This document shows, in pieces, positions 9,823 through 18,090 of a stretch of DNA of 64,000 nt; the stretch's first letter is position 1, and each line of letters starts with the position of its first letter. The stretch is from an uncultured delta proteobacterium (GTDB lineage: Bacteria; Myxococcota; Kuafuiibacteriia; Kuafuiibacteriales; Kuafuiibacteriaceae), in contig CAWDML010000003.1 in assembly GCA_963803435.1 (NCBI GenBank), positions 128,001 to 192,000 on the forward strand, read 5' to 3'. Both the position numbers and the translations under genes were made by a program. The notes under the pieces are model-generated. The model was not told the origin of the DNA, searched no databases, and was given only the letters and a program-made list of their open reading frames with translations.

Positions 9823-11889
9823 TCAGTCGAGCACGTCGAAGCGCGCGAACTTCATGCTGAACGTGCCGCGCCCCTCGGTGAGGTTCCGGAGCGAGGTCGA
9901 GTACCCGAACATCTTCGTCATCGCGACGATCGCCCGGACGACCCCCCGATCGCCGTGCGCGTCCACGCGCTCGATGCGCGCGCCGCGGCTGGAGAGATCG
10001 CCGACCACCGAGCCGGTCATCGGCTCGGGGACTACGACCTCGAGATCCATCAGCGGCGCGAGGATCGCGGCGCCGGCCTCCTTGATCGCGGTCCGCGCCG
10101 CCATCCCCGCGGCGATCCGGAGCGCCACCAGCGTCGTCTCGTTCGGCCGCGTCTCGGCGTCGATGAAGGACAGCTCCACGTCCTGCACCGGATAGCCCTC
10201 GATCGGTCCGGCCTCGAGCGCCTCCATGATGCCGCCCTGGATCTCGGCAAGCTCGCGATCGTTGAGCGGCACCGCCGCCCTCTGCGCCTCTGTGCGCGCG
10301 TCCATGAACACGTTGCCGGCCTCGCGGTCGCGGGCGCGTGCCCGGGCGGTCACGCGGGCGAAGAGGCGCTCCTTCTTCTCCTCGTCCACCACGCGCTCGA
10401 AGGCCTCGGTGCCGGTCCCTTCGCGCCGCACCGTCTCCCGATACACGACGCTCGGGTTGCCGACGTTCACCTCCAGCCCGTACTCGGTTCGCAGGCGATC
10501 AATCAGCACGTCGAGGTGGAGCTCGCCCATGCCTGCGAGCAGCGTCTGTCCGGTGTTCTCGTCCTCCTTGAGCTCGACGGTGGGATCCTCGTCCGCGAGC
10601 TTCGCGAGCGCCTCCTTCACCTTGTCGAGGTCGCGGTTCTGCTTGGGCTCGACGGCCACCGCGATCACCGGCTTGAGGAACGCCATCTGCTCGAAGCGGA
10701 TCGGGTGCTTCGGATCGGTGAGCGTGTCACCCGTCTTCGCGAACCGCACGCCCGCGGCCATCACCAGATCGCCGGCCACCGCCTCCTTGATGCGCTCCTT
10801 CTTGTCAGCGTGGGTCTTGAAGAGCCGGGCTACCTTCTCCCGCGCGCCGGTGGTGGTGTTGAGGACCTCGTCTCCCGGCTCCACGGTTCCCGAGTAGATC
10901 CGCAGATAGACGTGGCGCCGTCCCTCGTCCATCGCGATCTTGAACGCCAGCGCCGAGAGCGGCGCGTCGGGATCGGGTCCGCGGATCTCCTCTTCCTTCG
11001 TCTCGGGGTTGAGGCCCTTGATGGGCGGAACGTCGAGCGGGGAGGGGAGGTAGTCGACGACCGCGTCGAGCAGCGGGAGGACGCCCTTGTCCCGGAGCGC
11101 GGAGCCGCACAGCACCGGCTGGATCCGGTTGGAGACGGTGCCCGCGCGGAGCACGGCCTTGATCTTCTCCTCCGGCACGCTCTCCCCGCCGAGGAACGCC
11201 TCGGCAATCCCGTCGTCGATGTCGCCGAGGGTCTCGAGCAGTTGCTCCCGCGCGCGCTCCGCCTCGTCCTGGAGCTCGGCCGGGACGTCGGAGACCTCCT
11301 CGACCTCGCCGTGCTTGCCGCCGAAGGTCAGCTTCTTCATGCGGATCAGGTCGACGACCCCCTCGAAGGCGCTCTCGGCGCCGCACGGGATCTGGATGGG
11401 GACCGGCTTGGCTGCCAGCTTCTCCTTCATCTCCCCGACCACCTTCCAGAAGTCGGCGCCGATCCAATCCATCTTGTTCACGAAGGCGAGCCGCGGGACG
11501 CCCCAGCGGGTGGCCTGCCGCCAGACCGTTTCGGACTGGGGCTCGACGCCGCCGACGGCGCAGAAAACGGCCACGGCGCCGTCGAGAACGCGCAACGACC
11601 GCTCCACCTCGACGGTGAAGTCCACATGTCCGGGCGTGTCAATCAGATGGATGTCGTGGTCGTTCCAGGGACAGGTGGTCACGGCGGCTGTGATGGTGAT
11701 TCCCCGCTTCTGCTCCTGCTCCATCCAGTCCATCGCCGCCTTGCCTTCATGCACCTCGCCCGTCTTGTGAATCCGCCCGGTGTAGAAGAGGATCCGTTCG
11801 GATACGGTCGTCTTGCCGGCGTCGATGTGGGCTGCGATTCCGATGTTGCGGATGCGTGCCATCCTCGAAGGCTTGCCTGGCTTCGCCAT
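9823..11889 (-). CDS. fusA: Elongation factor G paralog (outside the str operon)
   Basis: [39 protein letters not shown]. Confidence 0.9.
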   Translation of the reverse strand: MAKPGKPSRMARIRNIGIAAHIDAGKTTVSERILFYTGRIHKTGEVHEGKAAMDWMEQEQKRGITITAAVTTCPWNDHDIHLIDTPGHVDFTVEVERSLRVLDGAVAVFCAVGGVEPQSETVWRQATRWGVPRLAFVNKMDWIGADFWKVVGEMKEKLAAKPVPIQIPCGAESAFEGVVDLIRMKKLTFGGKHGEVEEVSDVPAELQDEAERAREQLLETLGDIDDGIAEAFLGGESVPEEKIKAVLRAGTVSNRIQPVLCGSALRDKGVLPLLDAVVDYLPSPLDVPPIKGLNPETKEEEIRGPDPDAPLSALAFKIAMDEGRRHVYLRIYSGTVEPGDEVLNTTTGAREKVARLFKTHADKKERIKEAVAGDLVMAAGVRFAKTGDTLTDPKHPIRFEQMAFLKPVIAVAVEPKQNRDLDKVKEALAKLADEDPTVELKEDENTGQTLLAGMGELHLDVLIDRLRTEYGLEVNVGNPSVVYRETVRREGTGTEAFERVVDEEKKERLFARVTARARARDREAGNVFMDARTEAQRAAVPLNDRELAEIQGGIMEALEAGPIEGYPVQDVELSFIDAETRPNETTLVALRIAAGMAARTAIKEAGAAILAPLMDLEVVVPEPMTGSVVGDLSSRGARIERVDAHGDRGVVRAIVAMTKMFGYSTSLRNLTEGRGTFSMKFARFDVLD

Positions 11890-11934
11890 GGGGCCGGGAC
11901 TCTAGCACGGCCGCGGCGTGGAGCTTTTGGAGGA

Positions 11935-12504
11935 ATGTTCAGGGTCGGGCCACTCGAGTTTGAGTACTGGCACCTGATCCTGATCGCGGTCAGCGTCGGT
12001 GCCGGTTGGTGGCTCGTCCGTGGATTCACGATCCGCGTCTCCGGAACCTGGGAGCGCGTCGACGAGGGCCTGCGGCCCGGTCAGTTCGAACGCATCACGC
12101 TGGTGCAATTCGGTCCGTTCGTGCGGGGGCGCCGCCTGATGAGGGGCGGGTTCCAGGAGCTCAACGGGATGCTGCGCGGCCGGAGCATCGCGATGACGCG
12201 ACGCGATCACGGACAGGACATGATCATCGATCAGGGCTTCCCAAAAGAAGTCGCCGCCGCCATCGACGGGACCGTCACCGCGCGCATGCGGCTGACCTTG
12301 TCGGCCGACGGCCGCGCGATCTTCGGGACGTTCACGCCGCAAAAGATCGAATTCACGTACCGACCTCCGGAGATCACGCGCCGGATTTTCCTCGAACCGT
12401 CGTATCGCCGGTACAAGTTGGTCTCTCGGGAGATCCTCGACGAGCCCGACCACGATCGGCCCGAGACCGAGGACGCGAAGAACCCTCTCCGGAGGACGGT
12501 TTAG
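11935..12504 (+). CDS. Hypothetical protein with N-terminal TM segment (189 aa)
   Basis: GGAGGA RBS before ATG 11935; hydrophobic WHLILIAVSVGAGWWLV; GC3-rich codon pattern. Confidence 0.7.
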   Translation: MFRVGPLEFEYWHLILIAVSVGAGWWLVRGFTIRVSGTWERVDEGLRPGQFERITLVQFGPFVRGRRLMRGGFQELNGMLRGRSIAMTRRDHGQDMIIDQGFPKEVAAAIDGTVTARMRLTLSADGRAIFGTFTPQKIEFTYRPPEITRRIFLEPSYRRYKLVSREILDEPDHDRPETEDAKNPLRRTV

Positions 12505-12583
12505 AGGGGAAACCTGAAACCCACGTGGCATAATCGCGCCATCCCGCCGGTTTTCATGTAGAATTTTCTGCTGAGAGGGAGTG

Positions 12584-12793
12584 ATGGCCGCCATGGGGAG
12601 CGCGTTCGACGGTGTGAAGGTCTTTTCGGCGACGAAAGCCCGAGAACGAGAGGAATTGGGCGAGACGATCACGAAATGGATCCAGGAACACCCGAACTTT
12701 AGCGTCGTGGACCGCGTCGTGACCCAGTCGAGCGACAACGAGTTTCACTGCCTGACCATCACTCTGTTCTACCTCCACCAGTCGGCCGACTGA
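12584..12793 (+). CDS. Small conserved Myxococcota-type hypothetical protein
   Basis: GVKVFSATKAREREELGE...QSSDNEFHCLTITLFY recalled from myxobacterial small proteins; GGGAG RBS; TGTAGAAT extended -10-like element upstream. Confidence 0.75.
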   Translation: MAAMGSAFDGVKVFSATKAREREELGETITKWIQEHPNFSVVDRVVTQSSDNEFHCLTITLFYLHQSAD

Positions 12794-12816
12794 GCAAAGC
12801 GGCCGTTTCGTCGAGG

Positions 12817-14757
12817 ATGCCGGGCATGCCCCGCCATGTCCCGGTCCTCCCGGCCCTCCCGATCCTCCTGATCCTCCTGATCCTGACCGCCGGTTGTGGA
12901 TCGGCCGTCGACACTCCCGACGCCGAGCGCACTCTTCGAACCGAAACCGACGAGTGGGGTCTCATCACCTGCTCGCCGCAGACGGCGTCGACGACGTGCC
13001 ACGCAAATCGCGCGATCCTCGGCGTCTCCATGGGCGCCGGCGGCGCAGGGACGATGGCCTTCATGCGTCCCGATCTCTTCGACTCGGTGGGCCTCATCGG
13101 ATCGCCGCTGGTCGACTGGATCTACTTCCTCCGGAACGTCAAGCGCTCGTACCTCGGCGGCTTCTGCGATCGCGAGACGATCCTCGCGCACCTCGACGAG
13201 GTCAACGATCCCGAGGGCGGCGCCTTTTGTGGTCCAGTCGCCGGCGAGGTGAAGCTGACGCCCGACGGGACCATCCTCGAGCCGTCGCAGGACTTCGATC
13301 ATTGGTACCGCTGGATCGATCAGGGCCGCGGCGGCTCGTTCGGACGCAACACCATGCGCGAGTCACTCCAGGACATCTCGCTCGCGTTCGGCAACGCGCT
13401 CGTCTACAACCCCGAGTCCCCGTACTACCCGCCGGGGCTTCCGATGGATTATCGGAGCTGGACGGACGAAGAGAAGTGCGCCCACCCGATGGTGGTCCAC
13501 GGCGTCAAGAACGCCGATTACAACCCGGACGGCACCTACGACGTGCTGGCGTTCTGCGACACCAAGACCAGCGGGGGGGACTTCGATCCCGCGCATCCCT
13601 CCGACCAGGCGGCCGAGGTGCTGGAGGCCGTCGACTACAACGGCAACGGCATTCGCGACTACGCGGAGCCGGTGCTCGTGATGATGAACGAGCCCTACCA
13701 GGACGTGGGTGTCCGGGCGGGCAATCCGACCGAGGCCTACGATTGGCTCGACAATCCCACGGGAACCGCCGGCAACTGGCGCTACGACGAGGGCGAGCCC
13801 TTCGAGGACAACGGGCTCGACGGCGTGCCGGACACCGGCGACTACGGCGAGGGCAACGGGAAGTTCGACTACAACCCCCACGTCGACAACTTCCTGAACT
13901 TCAACCCGCGCACGAACCTGGAGAAGATGGACGAGGGTCAGCTCGAGCGGCTCAACATCTACGCCGACGCGGGCATCCGCGACTTCCTGATGAGCGCCGG
14001 CGCCACCAACTGGCTGTGGGGCGCGCTCACCGCGCGGGTCGGCGCCGAGCGCGCGAAGCAGTGGGAGAACTTCCCGGAGCTCACGCCGGAGCTGAGCCGC
14101 TTCGACTTCCTCTCGGTGGACTACTCGCCCGAGGGCATCGGCAAGAACGCGTACCTCCGCTACGGCGATCCGAACGCCAGCGAGCGCGAGATCGCGCGGG
14201 GCGATGGGCACCACGTGGGCCCGGCCGACCAGGTGCTCAACCGCTTCCTGGTGGCGCTCTCGTTCGTCCAGGATCGCTTCATCGACCGGGACGTGGAGGC
14301 GATCGATCAGGTCGGCGAGATCACGGACCTCGTGCAGCCCAGCACGTTTTACTCGGCCGCACTGGGGCGCGACCGCAAGTACGGGATCGTGCTGCCGCCC
14401 GGCTATGACAAGCCCGAGCACGCGAACGAGCGCTATCCTGTCGTGTACTTCCTCCACGGTCAGGGCATGGAGTCTGAGGATCTGCTCGCCTCTGCGATCC
14501 TCTTCTTCGGTTACATGGCCGGCTCGACCCGCGAGGAGCAGATCCGTCGCCGCGAGGCGGATTGGGCGAAGTACATCATCGTGTTCCCGGATTCGACGTG
14601 CGATCCGGAGGCCTGCAGCTCAGGCAACTTCAACGCCAACCACCTGGGGATCGATGGAAACGGCCCGCGCTACCTGGACAGCCTCTACGAGCTGATGGCG
14701 TACGTCGAGAAGACCTATCGCACGGCGATCCCGGTCGAGGTGCCGATCGGAGAGTGA
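12817..14757 (+). CDS. Lipoprotein alpha/beta-hydrolase (esterase-like), apparently circularly permuted
   Basis: Lipobox TAGC; GVSMG near the N-terminus; GDGHH; C-terminal LPPGY...YPVVYFLHG...IIVFPD. Confidence 0.75.
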   Translation: MPGMPRHVPVLPALPILLILLILTAGCGSAVDTPDAERTLRTETDEWGLITCSPQTASTTCHANRAILGVSMGAGGAGTMAFMRPDLFDSVGLIGSPLVDWIYFLRNVKRSYLGGFCDRETILAHLDEVNDPEGGAFCGPVAGEVKLTPDGTILEPSQDFDHWYRWIDQGRGGSFGRNTMRESLQDISLAFGNALVYNPESPYYPPGLPMDYRSWTDEEKCAHPMVVHGVKNADYNPDGTYDVLAFCDTKTSGGDFDPAHPSDQAAEVLEAVDYNGNGIRDYAEPVLVMMNEPYQDVGVRAGNPTEAYDWLDNPTGTAGNWRYDEGEPFEDNGLDGVPDTGDYGEGNGKFDYNPHVDNFLNFNPRTNLEKMDEGQLERLNIYADAGIRDFLMSAGATNWLWGALTARVGAERAKQWENFPELTPELSRFDFLSVDYSPEGIGKNAYLRYGDPNASEREIARGDGHHVGPADQVLNRFLVALSFVQDRFIDRDVEAIDQVGEITDLVQPSTFYSAALGRDRKYGIVLPPGYDKPEHANERYPVVYFLHGQGMESEDLLASAILFFGYMAGSTREEQIRRREADWAKYIIVFPDSTCDPEACSSGNFNANHLGIDGNGPRYLDSLYELMAYVEKTYRTAIPVEVPIGE

Positions 14758-14810
14758 GACCACTCGCTCGCTTGCCGAGGCCGGTGCCCGCCTGATACGC
14801 GCTCCCCGAA

Positions 14811-15686
14811 ATGGCGGAGTCCCCTCAACGGCCGGCGAAGCACGAACCGCCTGGCGCCGTGCTCGAAGCGCTCTTCCTCGCCCGCGAAGAGGCGCTCTCG
14901 ATGGTCGTGTCGATCCGCGCCGTCTTCCTGATCGTGACGTACTCGGTGATCGCCGGGGCGATCGGGGCCGTGCTGCTGTGGATCAACGACAAGACGGACG
15001 GGAACCTGCTCAAGACCGCCGACCGTCTCAAAGAGGCGCCCGACCTCGTGATCCAGAAGCTGACCGAGGCGGGCCTCAACGCACATCTGGCGGAGGCCAT
15101 GGTCCGCGGGGACCTCCCGCCGCTGGTCCTGGGCGTGCTCTTCTTCTCGACGTTCGCGATCCCGCCCTTGATCCTGCTGGTCGGCTACAACCGGATCAGC
15201 GAGGACATCAGCACCAAGTACACGCGATTTCTCCTCCAGCGCGTGCATCGCGGCTCCTACCTGGCGGGCAAGATCGTCGGCCACTGGCTCGTCAGCTTCC
15301 TCTCGATCCTCGTCGTGCACGGCCTGCTCCTCGGCTATGCGCAGGCGACGCACCGCTTCGACGTCGGCGCCATGCTCCACGCCATGCCGCGGATCTGGCT
15401 GGCGATGGGGGTGTTCGTGCTCGCGTACTCGACGTTCACCTGCATGGTCTCGTCGGTGCTGACGCCGCCGTTCCTGGTCCTGTTGGTGGGGACGATGCTC
15501 CTGTTCGCGCTGAAGTTCGCGTCGTGGATCGGGTCGTTCATCTACGCGCCGCTCGGAGACGCGTGGATCGGATCCTGGGACGTGCCGTTGTGGGCGCTCG
15601 ATCCGCGGGCGCTCGCGGTGTACGGCGGCTACTCGCTGGTATTCGTCGGCATCGCCTACCTGATCCTGCGAGGGAGAGACCTGTGA
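14811..15686 (+). CDS. ABC-2 type transporter permease
   Basis: Multiple TM segments; ISEDISTKYTRFLL...YLAGK loop motif; adjacent ATPase. Confidence 0.85.
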   Translation: MAESPQRPAKHEPPGAVLEALFLAREEALSMVVSIRAVFLIVTYSVIAGAIGAVLLWINDKTDGNLLKTADRLKEAPDLVIQKLTEAGLNAHLAEAMVRGDLPPLVLGVLFFSTFAIPPLILLVGYNRISEDISTKYTRFLLQRVHRGSYLAGKIVGHWLVSFLSILVVHGLLLGYAQATHRFDVGAMLHAMPRIWLAMGVFVLAYSTFTCMVSSVLTPPFLVLLVGTMLLFALKFASWIGSFIYAPLGDAWIGSWDVPLWALDPRALAVYGGYSLVFVGIAYLILRGRDL

Positions 15687-16618
15687 CCGCCGCCGTCGAG
15701 ATGATCAAGACCACCAAGAACTACGGCCGGGTCCGCGCGCTGTCGGAGCTCTCGCTCGAAGTTCCCGAGGGCGCGCTGTTCGGCCTGATCGGGCCGAACG
15801 GCGCGGGCAAGACCACCACCTTCAGCCTGCTGTGCGGCTTCCTTCGCCCGACGGAGGGCGAGATCCACGTGCGAGGCCGGAGGCTCACGCCCGGGGCGCC
15901 GCCGGTGGGGCAGATCCTGGCGCTTCCCCAGGACGCCACGCTCCCCGGCCGCACCCGCGTCCTCGATACGCTGGTGCTGCTGTCGCGGCTGTCGGGGCTC
16001 TCCAAGGTCGAGGCGACCGCGCGGGCCCTGCGGGCGCTCGAGCGCGTCGGGCTGGCCGACCTGTCCGAGCGACGCCTGGACAACCTCTCCCACGGCCAGC
16101 GCCGCCGCGTCGGGATCGCGCAGACGCTGCTCGGTGATGACGAGGTCATCATCCTCGACGAGCCCACCTCCGGGCTCGATCCGCGTACGGCCGCAGAGCT
16201 CCGCGATCTGATCAAAACACTGCATCACGATCGAACGATCATCCTCTCGACCCACAACCTGTCCGAGATCGAGGTGCTCTGCACGCACGCCGCCATCATC
16301 GACAAGGGCCGACTGGTCACGTCGGGCACCATGGATCAGATCCGCCAGACCGGCGCCCGGTTGGTGGTGGCGCTGGCGAAGCCGCTCGAGGGCATCGGCG
16401 AGGTCGTCGCGGCGCTGGCTGCGCTGCCTGCGGTGGGGCAAGCGCGCGCGGCCGCCACCAAGGACATGATCGAGATCGAGGTCGCCGACGACAAGGACGT
16501 CGACGACATCACCAATCAGGCGCTCCGCCTGGTGCTGGAGAAAGGCGGCAGCGTGCGGGGCGTCGAGCGCGGCAAGAGCCTCGAGCAGCGCTTCATGGAG
16601 GAGACGGGCCGGAAGTAG
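15683..16618 (+). CDS. ABC transporter ATP-binding protein
   Basis: GPNGAGKTT, LSHGQ, ILDEPTSGLD, STH; GTGA overlap with the permease stop. Confidence 0.92.
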   Translation: MTAAVEMIKTTKNYGRVRALSELSLEVPEGALFGLIGPNGAGKTTTFSLLCGFLRPTEGEIHVRGRRLTPGAPPVGQILALPQDATLPGRTRVLDTLVLLSRLSGLSKVEATARALRALERVGLADLSERRLDNLSHGQRRRVGIAQTLLGDDEVIILDEPTSGLDPRTAAELRDLIKTLHHDRTIILSTHNLSEIEVLCTHAAIIDKGRLVTSGTMDQIRQTGARLVVALAKPLEGIGEVVAALAALPAVGQARAAATKDMIEIEVADDKDVDDITNQALRLVLEKGGSVRGVERGKSLEQRFMEETGRK

Positions 16619-16684
16619 GAGCGTGTAGCGCGTAAGCGCTCACGCGACCCCGGTCCGGGTCCCGGTCCCGGTCCGGGTCCCGAT
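16619..16684 (+). repeat. Left inverted arm with CCGGTC/CCGGGT-type hexamer repeats
   Basis: GAGCGTGTAGCGCGTAAGCGCTCACGCGACCCCGGTCCGGGTCCCGGTCCCGGTCCGGGTCCCGAT. Confidence 0.9.
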
Positions 16685-16704
16685 CTGAAGATGGCTGCCT
16701 TGAG

Positions 16705-17525
16705 TCAGACGCTCGCGACGGTCGCGAGCTTCGATCGGTAGAGCTTGAGCAGGTTGTGGGTGAGGCAGACGAGCGTCCACTCGGCTCGTACCTTGAAGAA
16801 GGAGCGGAGCGAGAACCGGCGGAATCCTCGTGCCGCTTTGATCTGTCCGAGCGCCGGTTCGACGATACTCTTCCTGCGGGGGTAGACCGCCTTGCCGTCG
16901 CGCGTTTGCAACTTGTCTCGCATTCGCTTGCGAGCGAGCGAGGCAGGTGTGGGCTCCGAAGCTGATGAGGACGGAGTCGACGCGTCTTGGTTCTGTTCGC
17001 GTCCAACAGCGATGTGGGCATCGATCTGATTGTTGTCGCAGAATTCGATGTTGGTCGCGCTCAGATAGCCGTTGTCTGCCGTCATCTTCCGCGGAGCATC
17101 GCCGCAGTTGCCGAACACATCACGGAGCATCGGGACGAGGTGTTGCTGATCAGGTGCCTGGTTGCTGACCCCTTCGGCGACAATCACCTGAGCGTGCTCA
17201 TCTACGACAACTTGGGCATTGTAGGCCTGGAGGTACGCTCCCTCCTTCAACATGATCCTGCTGTCTGAGTCGGTGAAGTTCCTCTGAGCGTTGGGCCTCG
17301 GTGTGCCGTCCACATTTGCAGGAACGCGATGATGCGGCCATCCATCATTTCGTTCAGTTGGGTCTGGGGATGGTTCGAGCTGGTCAGCCTGCGCTCTTGC
17401 CTTCTCGGCTCATCGACGACGTCCAAGACGAAGTACGCGAGATGATTTTCTGGGAGCCACTCGAGAGGGGACGGCGGGAGCAAGAACGATTGTCTCGGAG
17501 TCCAAGAACGGTATTGCTTCGCCAC
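16705..17525 (-). pseudogene. IS1182-family transposase with large internal deletion
   Basis: 39-aa N-terminus (QSFLLPPSPLEWLPENHLAYFV) joined out of frame near 17409 to a 234-aa C-terminal part (NFTDSDSRIM, YNAQ, ADNGY, RKSIVEP, HNLLKL). Confidence 0.85.
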
Positions 17526-17644
17526 GAAACCATGGGATCAAGTCCAGGCGTCGAAGTCGATCCGCCCAACGATCGATTCCAGACGAAACGACCTCCAAGA
17601 ACTTCTGCTGGTCAAAGTGGACGAGCTACCGCAAGCTAGCTTGC

Positions 17645-18013
17645 ATGGTCACTTTCGATCACGAGAAGCTCGAGGTCTACCAGCTCGCCGTCGAGTATGC
17701 CGACATCGCTGAAGAGATCGCACAAGAACTGCAACCCGGTCACGCTCACGTCCGCGATCAGCTTCGGCGGGCATCCGATTCCATCGTGAACAACACCGCC
17801 GAGGGCGCCGGAGAGTTCAATCCACCTGAGAAGGCTCGCTTCTACCGGATGGCACTTCGCTCTGGCACCGAAAGCGCCGCCTCACTCCACACCTGCTCGA
17901 GGCGCCGACTCGCCAACGAGCAGAAGGTCCAAGCCGCCAGAGCCAAGCTCAAGCGCGTTGTCGAGATGCTCACGCGCCTCATCAAGTTGATGAACGCACG
18001 CCGGGCTGCATGA
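17645..18013 (+). CDS. Four helix bundle protein (23S rRNA-IVP / TIGR02436-like, Avd-related)
   Basis: FDHEKLEVYQ, DQLRRASDSIVNNTAEGAG, RFYRMALRSGTE, MLTRL; 122 aa. Confidence 0.9.
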   Translation: MVTFDHEKLEVYQLAVEYADIAEEIAQELQPGHAHVRDQLRRASDSIVNNTAEGAGEFNPPEKARFYRMALRSGTESAASLHTCSRRRLANEQKVQAARAKLKRVVEMLTRLIKLMNARRAA

Positions 18014-18018
18014 TCGCC

Positions 18019-18082
18019 ATCGGGACCGGGACCGGACCGGGACCCGGACCGGGCTCGCGGTAGCGCTACGCGCTACACGCTC
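18019..18082 (-). repeat. Right inverted arm
   Basis: Reverse complement GAGCGTGTAGCGCGTAGCGCTACCGCGAGCCCGGTCCGGGTCCCGGTCCGGTCCCGGTCCCGAT aligns to the left arm. Confidence 0.9.
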
Positions 18083-18090
18083 AAGTAGCG

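Larger units (their letters stand above)
16619..18082. mobile_element. 1464-bp cassette with ~65-bp inverted arms and 6-bp direct repeat, carrying a four-helix-bundle gene and an IS1182 remnant
   Basis: Arms 16619-16684 and 18019-18082 are imperfect reverse complements; AAGTAG at 16613-16618 and 18083-18088; interior visibly less GC-rich than flanks. Confidence 0.8.

Noticed and set aside
12527-12542. TGGCAT... as a sigma54 promoter
   Set aside because: GG-to-GC spacing is off by one and there is no TTGC.
16619-18082. Repeats as a CRISPR array or a diversity-generating retroelement
   Set aside because: No repeat-spacer periodicity or cas genes; no reverse transcriptase or TR/VR pair in the window despite the Avd-like protein.
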